From: Podarcis erhardii
Taxonomy: Eukaryota
Assembly (NCBI GenBank): GCA_964252035.1
Contig: OZ176203.1
Reading direction: 5' to 3' (one strand)
DNA length: 64,000 nucleotides
Below, in pieces: positions 40,201 to 50,527 of the stretch. Both the position numbers and the translations under genes were made by a program. Below the pieces are notes generated by a model, which saw only the letters and a list, made by a program, of their open reading frames with translations, was not told the DNA's origin and made no database searches. Each line of letters opens with the position of its first letter. Positions within the stretch are counted from its first letter, which is position 1.

Positions 40201-43200
40201 CTGGGATGAAACAAACAGCTCCTGGACCCGTCTTCTTTGCTCAAGGGCTTTTCTTCTTAAGGGCACAGGGAAAAGGCTCACTGTTTCTTGCTCCAACCAA
40301 ACAGGGCAGGTATATGTTTCAGGTAGGAGATCCAGGTATGGCTTCCACAGAGATTCCTCCTTGCAAGTACACTTTTCTGCTATTAAAAATGTACACAGTG
40401 CTGCCAAAGGAGAAATGGGGGGTCTCCATCTAAAGATAAAAGAAAACATGAGAACCACAAATCCTCCTTACTACATTCCTATAGCTTTAAATGACACAGA
40501 AAGCTGCTCACGTAGCATAAAGACTGACTTACGTCACCATCGCCCATTAAATGCTATGGACGCAGAACAGAGTAGGGGCAGCCAAGATGGCAGCTTCCAG
40601 ATGTTGTAGACCTTGTGACTCTCAAATGCCCCAGCCAGGATGGCCCCAAAGATCAGGGATAATGGGAGATGTAGTCCACGGCATCTAGAGGGCACTACAC
40701 TGACTACTCATACTCCAGAGTAAGCAAATTAACCAGAGGATCCAGTTTATCCGTGTGTGATGGATGGGCCTTGGGGTCATCCTCACGGACACCCAGAAGC
40801 CAGTCATGGCTGGGCAGAGTGTCAACCACTCAGGAGGCGGTGGAGAGTTAAAAGACGGAAAGTTTAACTGTCAGGTCTTAAATAGGGCTTAGGGTGTGGT
40901 AGATTTTAGGAAGGGTTTGGCTGGGAATTAGCTGGGCTTGCTGTAGAAAGACTCAGATGCTTTATGCTGTATAAATATTTAATATTTCATTTAATCAAGG
41001 GAAATATTATGTAAGCAGCTGAAGAGGAGAGGACAGAGAGTGAAGAAAGAGCTGGCGGGGGGGGGGGGGGCTTTTCACATCTTCTGGACCCCCTAGGAAA
41101 CTCAGCAAACCTGCTGTACGGTCATACCTTGTGTTACGTTTGCTTCACGTTGCAGCTTTTCAGGTTACAAACGCAGCAAACATGCAAGTGTTTACTTCTG
41201 GGTTTGCCGTGCACGCACGCGTAGAAGAGATCTGCGTGCTTCGCACACGTGCAATAGCGGCACTCTACTTACGGGTTTTTCAGGGTGCGAATGGCACCCC
41301 AAAACAGATTGTGTTCCTAAGTAGAGGTACCACTGTACCTGGAATTGGGTGTGGAGAGTGCAACTGAATGGGACATGGCTGTGGGCAGCCTGAGGAAGTA
41401 CCATCCACCTTGGGCCTGCCCATAAAAAGCAAGCCTAGAGTGAGAAACGAGGGTGATGTCTGTGGCTTCTAGGAACAATTCTCATTGTGAGACTTTTGTG
41501 AGTGAGCCGAGAGTTTGTTTGAACCATGAGTGAGAACCCGGAGCCTGAGAAGGAGGAAGTGCCAGAAGGAAAATGAACCGATATTCTTGATTTTTATATA
41601 CTAGCAACTTTGTTTTCAAATAACATTTTTATGTCCAACTGTATTTTTGTAATATTTTGTTTAAGTCATCTGTTGTTGCTTCAGTTTTCTGTACACCACA
41701 GAGATATTTTTATTATGTCCTGCAAATATTTTGCAAGAGCATAAACAAAGAGATAGAAACCAAATAAAACCCAATTAGAGTCAATGATTTTTAACCACTT
41801 CAGTCTTGTTCATCTGCTTACACCTTAAGATACAATTCTCTAACCACTTACCTGAGTGCAAGACCTACTGAAATCAATGGGGTTTGTTTCTAAGTAGACT
41901 ATAAGGGCAAGGACATTTGCAGCACATCCCTGCCCATGGCTACTCAGAAGTATGTCCCACTGTGTCCAATAGAGCTTACACTCCAAAGTAAGCGTGTGTG
42001 AGGCTGCAACCAGTTTTTGTTCTGAAGTAAAATACTTTTCTTCTGCTTCTACAGTGGTACCTGGGGCTACATACGCTTCAGGTTACAGACTCCGCTAACC
42101 CAGAAATATTACCTCGGGTTAAGAACTTTGCTTCAGGATGAGAACAGAAATGGCGCAGCAGCAGCAGCAGGAGGCCCCATTAGCTAAAGTGGTGCTTCAG
42201 GTTAAGAACAGACCTCCAGAGCAAATTAAGTTTCTAACCCGAGGTACCACTGTATTAGTTTTTATTGTTTTGAAAGTTTAGCATATATTCTGATCAATAA
42301 TTCTAGAGAAAAAGAAGCAGAGAAAGGGTAATTTTAGTTTTAATTTCCATTACCTTTCCCTTGCTTGTTTTTCCTTATTAGTTATCATTATAAAACTGTT
42401 CTGTGCAATACAATCCTATGCATGTTTCTTCAAAAGTAAGTCTTGTCTACTGGCTAGAGTATATTCCCATGTTGAGTGCATTTAGGGTTGTGGCCTAAAT
42501 ATCTGAATTTCCTGTGGACATACTTTATTTCACTGTTTTTTTCATATATGTGGCTTCAAATATATAGCACCAAATAACTTCTCTATCTGCATGGCTATGC
42601 TGAAAGTGATAGAAATGATTCTGATAAGAAAAAGTACAGTGTGAGGAATGTTAAGAGTAGGTTCAAGGGAGAACTAGGAATTCTTGATAGACAGAATTCA
42701 AAATTGTATTAAGGGATTGTAAACTTACTTTATGATGTATTCTCCAAGGTAGCTGCTAAGGACAGTATTAGTGGTGAGCAAGCATTTTTCAGGCAATGAA
42801 ATAATCAGCTCTTCTGCCTATGGTTTTTTAAAAAGAAAGAAATCAGAGTGAACATACTCCCAAATACAATTTGCAACAAGAAATGTCAAAATGCACACAT
42901 AATTAGCACTATTGGGTCAAGAAAAAAATACTGCACTGATGAATCTAAGAAAAAATTATTATGGCTGGTCTGCAGCTTAACAAAGGGCATTAACTTCAAA
43001 GAGGCTTCCCCCCCTTCCCCCCCCAAAAAAAGACTGAAAGTTGTCACTTGAAACAAGACAAGCACTGGGCACTTTAGATACAGATTATATTACTCAATGG
43101 AGTGCTGAAAGATTAGTAGCCCTGGTTATAAATTATTGGCAACAAAAATATATTTCTGTTCTGATTAACAGTTGAGTAAAAACCAGATGAACCATACAGT

Positions 43201-45462
43201 TTTTAATTGGTTGTCAGCACCTTTCTACAGTTCTTTACAAGTTATATTTAGCCATGAATGTATGACTTGAAGGTCAAAATTTCTATTCCCATTTTTATTG
43301 TGGTCAAACCATTACAAGATTACCTCAGTTTTGTTAATTTCACACACTGAGTATTTCTAGCAAATTCACTACTAGGAGTTGACCACCTCCTATGCCAATT
43401 ATTTCAGAGGAAGTGGTAAATACCAGCTTTTACCACCTGGCGGAGCAAAATCATTCACAATAACTTTACACAACAAAAATTATGTTAAGAAACTGGCCAT
43501 ACACCAATCTACAAAGCTCAGAAATAATTGTTTTTAAATGGTTGTTCTGTTTACCCCCCCCCCCCACTTCAGAATCTGATTCTGTGAATCCAGTATAGTC
43601 TAGTGCAAAGGAAGCTTTAAGACAGTTTGTTAATACAGTGGTACCTCGGGTTAAATACTTAATTCATTCCAGAGGTCCGTTCTTAACCTGAAACTGTTCT
43701 TAAACTGAGGTACCACTTTAGCTAATGGGGCCTCCCGCTGCTACACGATTTCTGTTCTCGTCCTGAAGCAAAGTTCTTAACCCGAGGTACTATTTCTGGA
43801 TTAGCGGAGTCTGTAACCTGAAGTGTATGTAACCCGGGGTACCACTGTACTATACACAAGGATACCATGGAGGGGGTAGAGGGAGGGATCTCATATTTTC
43901 AATCTGCCCCAGAAGTTGTGCACCAGCCCCTTCTTTGGAATACAAACCTGAAGAGCTTTTGTGGTCATCAATCCTCTTCCTGTCTCTAAAAGACAAGAGA
44001 GAGAAAGCTGCAATGAAACTGGCTCCTGGACTCTCCAGAAAGCTGAAAATGGTTGTTAACTGGTGGTCCAAGAAAAGAAACAGGATCGGGGGCAAGAATT
44101 TAGAAGTGGTTTGTATCTTCACTACCACTAGGTTCCCCAGAGATATGCAGTATTAATTATTTCATTATTTGACTTGTGAAGCAACTCAAAGCAATTTGAC
44201 ATTACAAGAAAAGCATGTATAAAACAATTTCATACACATGCATACTGCATATATAAATAGACTGCTCAGGCCTCAAGGAAACAAGGCAGAAGGAGGGGGG
44301 AGAACACAGAAGACTTTTAGAAAGCAAAAAACTCATGGAATGCTTAATCAGAGTTATAAATAGGGCATGGAAGCTCCTGCCTTCAAACTTTTGCCCCGGA
44401 GGCTCTCCCCAGATCACCTGTAGTTTCAAACACACTCAAATACAGCTGCAGTTTGTCAGAAAAGTATTATATCATTACCTGAAAATTGTGCTGGCCGTAA
44501 TTTATTATCTTCATAGCCTCTTTCTTTCAGCCATTTCTTTAGCAGCACATATTCGTGTTTGTGGCTAAGATTTACTGAAATCATTACACAGAAATTATCG
44601 GGCTACGGCATTCTTTCATTAATGACAATTCACCAAAAGATGGTTTTCACAGCAGCGTAACTACTATACCTGAAAATCACAACACTGGGGGGAAAATGGA
44701 TGCCATGAAAGTACTTTGGCTTAGCGGAATAAACAGAATAACTTGGCAGTACAGTAGCAGGACTACGCTCCTCCCTGATAAACCTATTGTATCAATGTTA
44801 CCCTATACACAGGAAAAAATAGGGGATAGGAATTCCATCTTCCTATCTGCACTATACAATGTGCATTGGGGTTCACTAATCACTTAGGCTGCAATCCTTA
44901 GCACACCAGACATCGGAGTACACCCAACTGAACACAGTGAGGCCCACTGCTCAGAAAACATGTACAGGAGCATGTTGTTACACTGTGTTGGCTCAATGGC
45001 TTTTATGAACATTAACCCCAGTTGCAATACTGAATTAACTATTCCCCCACTCCTAAGCTAGTGTTGTTTTCCCATGTCACTGATAAAAAATTTCAGTAAC
45101 AATATGACACCCTGGTTTGTAAGAATGTAGATCGGCTTTCCCCAAGCGTTTGCCCTCCAAATGTTTTGTATTTCAAATCCCATTAAGTTGTATTGGCTTA
45201 GGTTAAGCTTCTTCCATTTGGGGAAGGCTAGGCTAAATGTTGGAATGCTACATCTCAAAGCATTCATTGGCCCAGCATGAGCTAAGATAGGATAAACTTC
45301 ACTTTTAGACTTTGTTTAGCTTTCCGAGGTTTGAGGGTGCCTTAATAATAAAAGGCCTTGAAACAAACAAACAAACAAAAACACATTACCACCACATAAA
45401 GACAAACTTCTCGATTGTTTTCTTCGCCTCTTTCGACATGTTCGACCTTTACTCTTCTTCAT
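34658..45462 (-). CDS. SETD4: SET domain-containing protein 4 (lysine methyltransferase), 10 coding exons, 1326 nt, 441 aa, intact
   Basis: Exons (minus): 45390-45462, 44479-44574, 43948-43985, 42729-42817, 39997-40429, 38675-38849, 36508-36589, 35705-35785, 35440-35563, 34658-34792. All introns are GT-AG with compatible phases. Peptides MKKSKGRTCRKRRRK, TGRGLM, WAWCTVNTR, LAPYLDLLNH, EVFICYGPHDNQRLLLEYGF and LTFDWDGPSWRLLTALKLLCL match SETD4. Position next to CBR1 matches known synteny. Confidence 0.96.
35440..35563 (-). CDS. SETD4: SETD4 coding exon 9 (124 nt, TSWKKVLLGDVVSKRNEKKSLDLATKICMSLTEETQHALKK)
   Basis: ACTGTAG| acceptor, AAG|GTATCT donor. Confidence 0.94.
35705..35785 (-). CDS. 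SETD4: SETD4 coding exon 8 (81 nt, NLTFDWDGPSWRLLTALKLLCLEADQF)
   Basis: Highly conserved peptide; CATCTCTAG| acceptor, |GTAAGT donor. Confidence 0.95.
36066..36291. mobile_element. Tigger-like MITE, copy 3 (SETD4 intron)
   Basis: Same TIRs and body, TA TSD. Confidence 0.9.
36508..36589 (-). CDS. SETD4: SETD4 coding exon 7 (82 nt, ETLLKYILPEDKQRHTKLSILQENNLLD)
   Basis: TTTTTTCCTTCAG| acceptor, |GTTAAG donor, phases fit neighbouring exons. Confidence 0.9.
37215..37282. repeat. Compound microsatellite (CA)n(TA)n
   Basis: Read directly. Confidence 0.95.
38675..38849 (-). CDS. SETD4: SETD4 coding exon 6 (175 nt)
   Basis: VKAAFNEKTKCYEIRT...EVFICYGPHDNQRLLLEYGF; CCAAG| acceptor, |GTAAAT donor. 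Confidence 0.95.
39997..40429 (-). CDS. SETD4: SETD4 coding exon 5 (433 nt)
   Basis: Inside ORF 39988..40458; WRPPISPLAALCTFL...LAPYLDLLNHNPAVQ; TTTAG| acceptor, CAG|GTAAGC donor. Confidence 0.96.
41119..41335. mobile_element. Related Tigger-like MITE with a different body
   Basis: Right end AGAGGTACCACTG+TA; degenerate left end TA+CGGTCATACCT; internal CAGGTTACAAAC motif shared with the family. Confidence 0.65.
42052..42252. mobile_element. Tigger-like MITE, copy 4 (SETD4 intron)
   Basis: Same TIRs and body, TA TSD. Confidence 0.9.
42729..42817 (-). CDS. SETD4: SETD4 coding exon 4 (89 nt, AEELIISLPEKCLLTTNTVLSSYLGEYIIK)
   Basis: CCATAG| acceptor, |GTAAGT donor, IISLP..CLLT motif. Confidence 0.93.
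43636..43847. mobile_element. Tigger-like MITE, copy 5 (SETD4 intron)
   Basis: Same TIRs and body, TA TSD. Confidence 0.9.
43948..43985 (-). CDS. SETD4: SETD4 coding exon 3 (38 nt, ETGRGLMTTKALQ)
   Basis: GRG SET motif; TTTTAG| acceptor and |GTTTGT donor. Confidence 0.92.
44479..44574 (-). CDS. SETD4: SETD4 coding exon 2 (96 nt, VNLSHKHEYVLLKKWLKERGYEDNKLRPAQFS)
   Basis: TTTCAG| acceptor, |GTAATG donor, translation matches SETD4. Confidence 0.93.
45390..45462 (-). CDS. SETD4: SETD4 coding exon 1 (73 nt, MKKSKGRTCRKRRRKQSRSLSLCG)
   Basis: ATG at 45462; basic N-terminus; donor G|GTAATG at 45389; candidate upstream acceptor TATCTATAG| at 45545. Confidence 0.9.
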
Positions 45463-46929
45463 GTTAATCAAAGGCCTTCAGATTTTGTACATCAAACTCT
45501 GCATGGAAACAAAATGCATTTCTTACAGTAGTTTTTTTCAGTTGCTATAGATACAAAAATGTTTTGCCCCATGATAATATTGGGAAGAAACTTTCATGGC
45601 CAACACACTCATAGATGGCTTACCACGAAAAACATCAAATGTGCAAAGAAACTAACAATGTAAATGGGAGCGGGAGACGCGAGGGAGTCCAAAGAAGTGA
45701 TGAAACCATGTTTGTGACAGAAGTAAGATTGTTTATTATTTGTGCATTTATATTTAAAAACTTTAATAAATATTTATTAAAAAAAAAAACAAATGTGCAA
45801 AGAAACAGGGAACAAAAATCTCATCCTCTTGCATCCACTGAACTAACTCATCTTGGAACAGACCAATAATAGCCAACTAGTTTTCTGGTTGCCTATCTTC
45901 ATATTGCCAAAACAGAGTCATGAGGGAGGCACTGGTAGGCTTTGGTGACCCCACAAGGTTTGAAGAAATACAACCCCCCCCCCCCACACACAACTATTGT
46001 GGGAGGGAGAAGTTCTAAGGGGGTGGGTGGGGAGGGAAAACAGAAAACAGCCAATAAACACAGACCGTGTAAATAGCCAAGTTCCCTTCATCCCTGACCA
46101 CTGGTCCTGTTAGCTAGGGATGATGAGAGTTGTAGTCCCAAAACATCTGGAGGGCCAAGTTTGACCGCGCCTGGTATAAAGCATGCACCAAAATCTATCA
46201 GAGTGGGCTTAAAAGTTCCATACTGTATTAAGTTGTTCTCTAAAAATCTGCACCAAGTTAAGATATACTGCAGAGTAGTTCATCACATATTTGTTGCCAG
46301 CTGCACTGCATGTGGGTTTACTGTTGGCAAAAATATTAAGCGTTTCCAACCATAATTGTATCTCCAAAACTAATTTCTGAACATATAAAATGAGACTATT
46401 CAGCAGGATGGCTAGGCCTTGCCACCAAATACCAGCTGCTGGGGGCCAAAAGCAGGGCAGGGTTTTGGCCTTCAACCCCTGCTTGTAGGATTGAAAGGGG
46501 GCAACTGACAGGCCACTGTAGAAAGGAGAACTAGAGACAGCCTTCGTCTGAGGGCTCTTTATTGGTCCATAAATCCATAAATATGGGGGTGGGGGGGTTA
46601 GAAAGAAGAAGCAGCAAATCCTCATTTACTATTCCCTCATTTGACTACGATCATAAACACACGAATACCAATCCTATATATTATATAACGGTGCTTTTTT
46701 CTATTAAGAAAAAAGTTTAGATACTTTCATTTTGACTCAAGAGAATCACCATTTTATAGTTCAAATCGGGGAAAATAAACACAGTACATGGACAAAAGTA
46801 CAAAGATTCACAAAATGTTTAGCCCTGCGTGCTCCCAGGAAAAAAGCCCTGCATCCAACAGAGCTCCCGCCTATGTAAAAACAGCACATGGCCAAGGCTG
46901 CAACACAGAGCAGAGACGTCTGCATTGGG

Positions 46930-47530
46930 ATTTGCTGCCTCCCTAAGGAACAAGCCGCGCGGCATCTCAGCGCCCCGGCAACTCCACTCACCGAGCTCCC
47001 CGCAGCCCCACGCGCCCCTTAGAGGGCGCCGCGCTTCCCCCTTCGGCTGCCACCGCCCCCAAACTCTCGCGGGCTCCTTTCCCAGGCTGCAAGGGGCCGG
47101 AAGAGGCGGGCCTTGTCATTCCATGGCCGCCGCCTCTCAGCCAATCCCCTGGCGATTCGAGAGACAGGGTGGAAGGAGCGCCGCTTCCCATTGAGCGGAG
47201 ACTAAAAAGGCGCACGCTTTCCTCCTTCCCCCCAGCAGCTGCGCCGTCGATTCTGGGGATCCCCGCTTAGAACAGGCGCAGCTCTTTAAGGCGCCTCCAC
47301 CCGGTATAGTTGGAAGTGGACCAGCTTTGCAGCAGCCTGGTTTCCGTAAAGGTTTTTCGCGCTAATCCTACATTATAACTTTTGTTTTCCTAACCTGTAG
47401 CCGCGCAGCGACACCAAGGAATTTATTTGGACCGCAGTTGTCGCTGGGTGGTGTTGGCACGTCTGGATCCTAATGCATTCAGCGAGTGCGCGGGTTATAT
47501 GCGGGGTGTGGCTACTGGGAAGGCTGCAGC
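46930..47530. promoter_or_regulatory. CpG island, probable bidirectional promoter for SETD4 and CBR paralog A
   Basis: The only CpG-dense non-repeat stretch in the window. It contains CCGGAAG (ETS-like), GAGGCGGG (GC box) and CCAAT near 47095-47150, and a minus-strand donor CG|GTGAGT at 46991 (SETD4 non-coding exon 1). Confidence 0.8.
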
Positions 47531-47975
47531 CGGACGATTGTGCTCTGCTCTAAGGAGCATTTTGCAGAACTGCCCTTGTTCATTTTTCTGAGCTGCTCTA
47601 GGGTGCAGCGTCACGGTAGGGAGTGGCTTGTAGCTGTACAGTAACACGAGAAGTTCCCTTGGGGAAGTCCAGCCAGATGGGCGGGGTATAAATAATAAAT
47701 TGTTATTTTTATTATTATTGACCCTGAACCTTCTTTCTTTGTAGTCAGCTATCTGTTCTATCTTTCGAGTTATGCCACTGAGAGATGTGCTTTTGACCAG
47801 AATGGGTACAAAGTGATAACACTAGAAAGCATGTTGCCAGCTTCGTGCTTTCGGCTTCCCCTCCTGCTTTGCACGACTGCATTTGTAACTGAAAGGTCTT
47901 TTTCTTCCCCCTTCGTTTGGCCTCCCTGTTCACGCTTAGGTTACCCCGTTGCAAGGTTATGGCGCTCTAAAGCGG

Positions 47976-48305
47976 TGCTTCCCAAACTTTTGAGGGCCAC
48001 TGCTCCCTTGGTTGTATAAACACATCCTCAATGCGCACTGCCCTACGCTGTGAAAAGCATTTTTTCAGAAGAGCGGTTTGCACAACCCACTAAGGAAGAT
48101 AACACAGTAAAACTCAAACCAGTAAAAATAAATAACATATTAATTGAAAATCTAATCCAAACTAGTTTAATTAATTCAACAAAGTGGATGAGGATGCAGT
48201 GGTGCCAGTATGATAGTCGTTTACACCTCCAGTGCCACCCCTGCCACCCACTTGCCTCTTTGCAACCCCCCCCCCAATAGATACAGCCCACTTTGGAAAC
48301 CACTA
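47976..48305. mobile_element. Degenerate hAT-like non-autonomous element upstream of the CBR-A ATG
   Basis: Termini resemble CAGTGGTTCCCAAA (GCGGTGCTTCCCAAAC … TTTGGAAACCACT); TSD not clear. Confidence 0.45.
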
Positions 48306-48777
48306 ATTTAAAATGTAGATGGATTTAATGTTGACTCATGACACATGGTATTTTATCAATAAAGATCTTATGTCAATGCCATGGCTAAATTGTGCTTTGG
48401 CTCATAACTGGTGCCATGGCTTACAATGCAAACAAGCCCAATGCAGTTTTCTTGAAGCACGGTCCTGTGCCTTTCTACTCAGAAGCAAGGCCCACTCAGT
48501 TCAGTAAGACTTACCGTACATCTAGGTAGGTGTTATAAGATTGCAACTTGGGACTCTGCATAGGTTCCAAAGTGGTGTACCAGTTTATTATTTTTTAGCT
48601 TACAAGGGGTAATTTATAGAACCAAAATCACACAAAATTCAAATAAAAGCCATTCAATGCTATTGTTGCAAAAGGTTTGATAGAATCACCTTTTTAGCTG
48701 TGAATAAATTAACCATCTCATTCTTTCTGATATTAATGTTCCTTTTTAGTTACTTTGAAATTTCCTTGGCAGGGAGA

Positions 48778-49063
48778 ATGTCTAGTACTCCAGTAGCTGT
48801 GGTGACTGGATCCAACAAAGGCATTGGGCTGGCCATCGTGCGGGCTCTATGCAAGAAGTTCACTGGGGATGTTTACCTAACAGCCCGGGACATCCAACGG
48901 GGCAAGGAGGCAGTGGCCAAGCTTCAGGAAGAAGGGCTGAAGCCACAGTTCCACCAGCTGGACATCACTGATCTGCAGAGTATTCAAACCCTCCGTGATT
49001 TCTTGAAGGAGAAGTATGGAGGATTAAATGTGCTGGTCAACAATGCAGGGATTGCTTTCAAAG
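48778..49063 (+). CDS. CBR1: CBR paralog A coding exon 1 (MSSTPVAVVTGSNKGIG...NNAGIAFK)
   Basis: ATG at 48778 within ORF 48700..49080; AAAG|GTAAAA donor. Confidence 0.95.
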
Positions 49064-50527
49064 GTAAAATACATTTATAGTCTTTGGCTGCAATCATGCA
49101 GTCTGGCTGCAGGTTAACTCTTCTTCAGGCTCCAGCCTTTGTCATTTTCTCTCTTGGTGAGTGGATGTGTGTCACTTTCTGGTGCTTCCTCACTTTAATT
49201 GCCTGGTTACCTGCACTATGAACAGGTTACTAGGAAGAATTGTCCAGAGTAATAGACAGAGCATTTCTAATTGCCAGCCGCAGAGTGTGGTGGAGCAGCA
49301 TAGCCATACCCACAGTGCTTCTGCTCATGCAGGCTGGGATAGAAGTTGAGGGGAGCAGGAAAAACGTCTAAACTGGCAAAGCAATCAGGTCCAGTGCCAT
49401 ATAGTGATGTGAGAGGCACTGGATCATGGTCCGGCTCAGCCCCATCACTAGTGAGGCTTTTTGTGGGACATCAGCTGTGGGAATCCTGTCAGTGGTACTT
49501 CCAGTGGGTTGATTGGAAAGCTCTGTGCTGGAAGAAGGAGGTTGGTGCCGTATCAAGGGCAGAGGATGGCTTTTGGGTGGACCCCTTCTAATACTTTAAT
49601 TGTAATGGTGTGCCATATCATCTGGATATAGTATTTTTTCTTATAAACTATTTATTTGTTTTATTGATGTTTATTCTCACCCTTTAAAAAGAAAATTTTC
49701 TAATGAATATTCAAAATAACACTAAGCTAATGAAGGAACAAAAGCAGGTTTTTACAAAGTTTATATTTTCATAATGTCCATTCTGATTTTTGTTTGCTTT
49801 CTCCCTGCCATCTGGCAAAAAGTTGCAGATACAACTCCATTTGCTATACAAGCGGAAGTCACACTGCGAACAAACTTTTTTGCAACAAGGGATATTTGCA
49901 GAGAATTGCTACCACTGATGAAACCTAATGGTAAGTGCTCCACACTGACTTTAGGGGAAAATATATTTAGATTTAGGCTGTAACCTTGCACTTAACTGGG
50001 ATCAAGGCCTATTGAACGCAACATGAGGTGGGGTGGAGGCAACAAGCTTAACTAAGGCTAGTTTCTTCTTAACATTTTCCCTTTTAATAGGCAGAGTGGT
50101 GAACGTATCTAGCATGTGCGGGGCTTCAGCGTTGTCCCAATGCAGCCAAGACTTGCAGCAGAAGTTTCGGAGTGACACAATCACTGAAGAGGAACTAGTG
50201 AAACTCATGGAAAAATTTGTAGAAGACACCAAGAAAGGAGTGCATGAAAAGGAGGGTTGGCCAAGTACAGCTTATGGCGTGTCCAAAACTGGATTAACGG
50301 TTCTGTCCAGAATTCAAGCAAGGCAGCTGAATGAGACGAGGAAAGGTGATGGTATTCTCCTGAATGCCTGCTGCCCTGGGTGGGTCAGGACTGACATGGC
50401 AGGTCCCAGAGCCCCAAAATCTCCTGATGAGGGAGCTGAGACTCCAGTGTATTTGGCCCTTTTACCCCCTGGTGCTGATGGGCCTCACGGCCAGTATGTT
50501 AGTGAAAAGAAAGTGCAGAAGTGGTAG
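48778..50527 (+). CDS. CBR1: Carbonyl reductase [NADPH] 1-like, paralog A (SDR family), 3 coding exons, 276 aa, intact
   Basis: Exons 48778-49063 (286 nt), 49823-49930 (108 nt), 50091-50527 (437 nt); GT-AG introns. TGxxxGxG (TGSNKGIG), NNAG, catalytic N113/S139/Y193/K197, CCPGWVRTDMAG. CBR1 versus CBR3 orthology is not resolved. Confidence 0.94.
49823..49930 (+). CDS. CBR1: CBR paralog A coding exon 2 (VADTTPFAIQAEVTLRTNFFATRDICRELLPLMKPN)
   Basis: 108 nt; AAAAAG| acceptor, G|GTAAGT donor. Confidence 0.94.
50091..50527 (+). CDS. CBR1: CBR paralog A coding exon 3 (GRVVNVSSMCG...VQKW*)
   Basis: TTTTAATAG| acceptor; YGVSK catalytic motif; TAG at 50525-50527. Confidence 0.95.

Noticed and set aside
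40160-40609. Plus-strand ORFs overlapping SETD4 exon 5, and antisense ORFs over CBR exons 2 and 3
   Set aside because: Shadow ORFs on the opposite strand of real coding exons.
48700-48777. In-frame extension MNKLTISFFLILMFLFSYFEISLAG of CBR-A that looks like a signal peptide
   Set aside because: It starts at GTG and is the translated polypyrimidine tract of an acceptor site; CBR1 enzymes are cytosolic.
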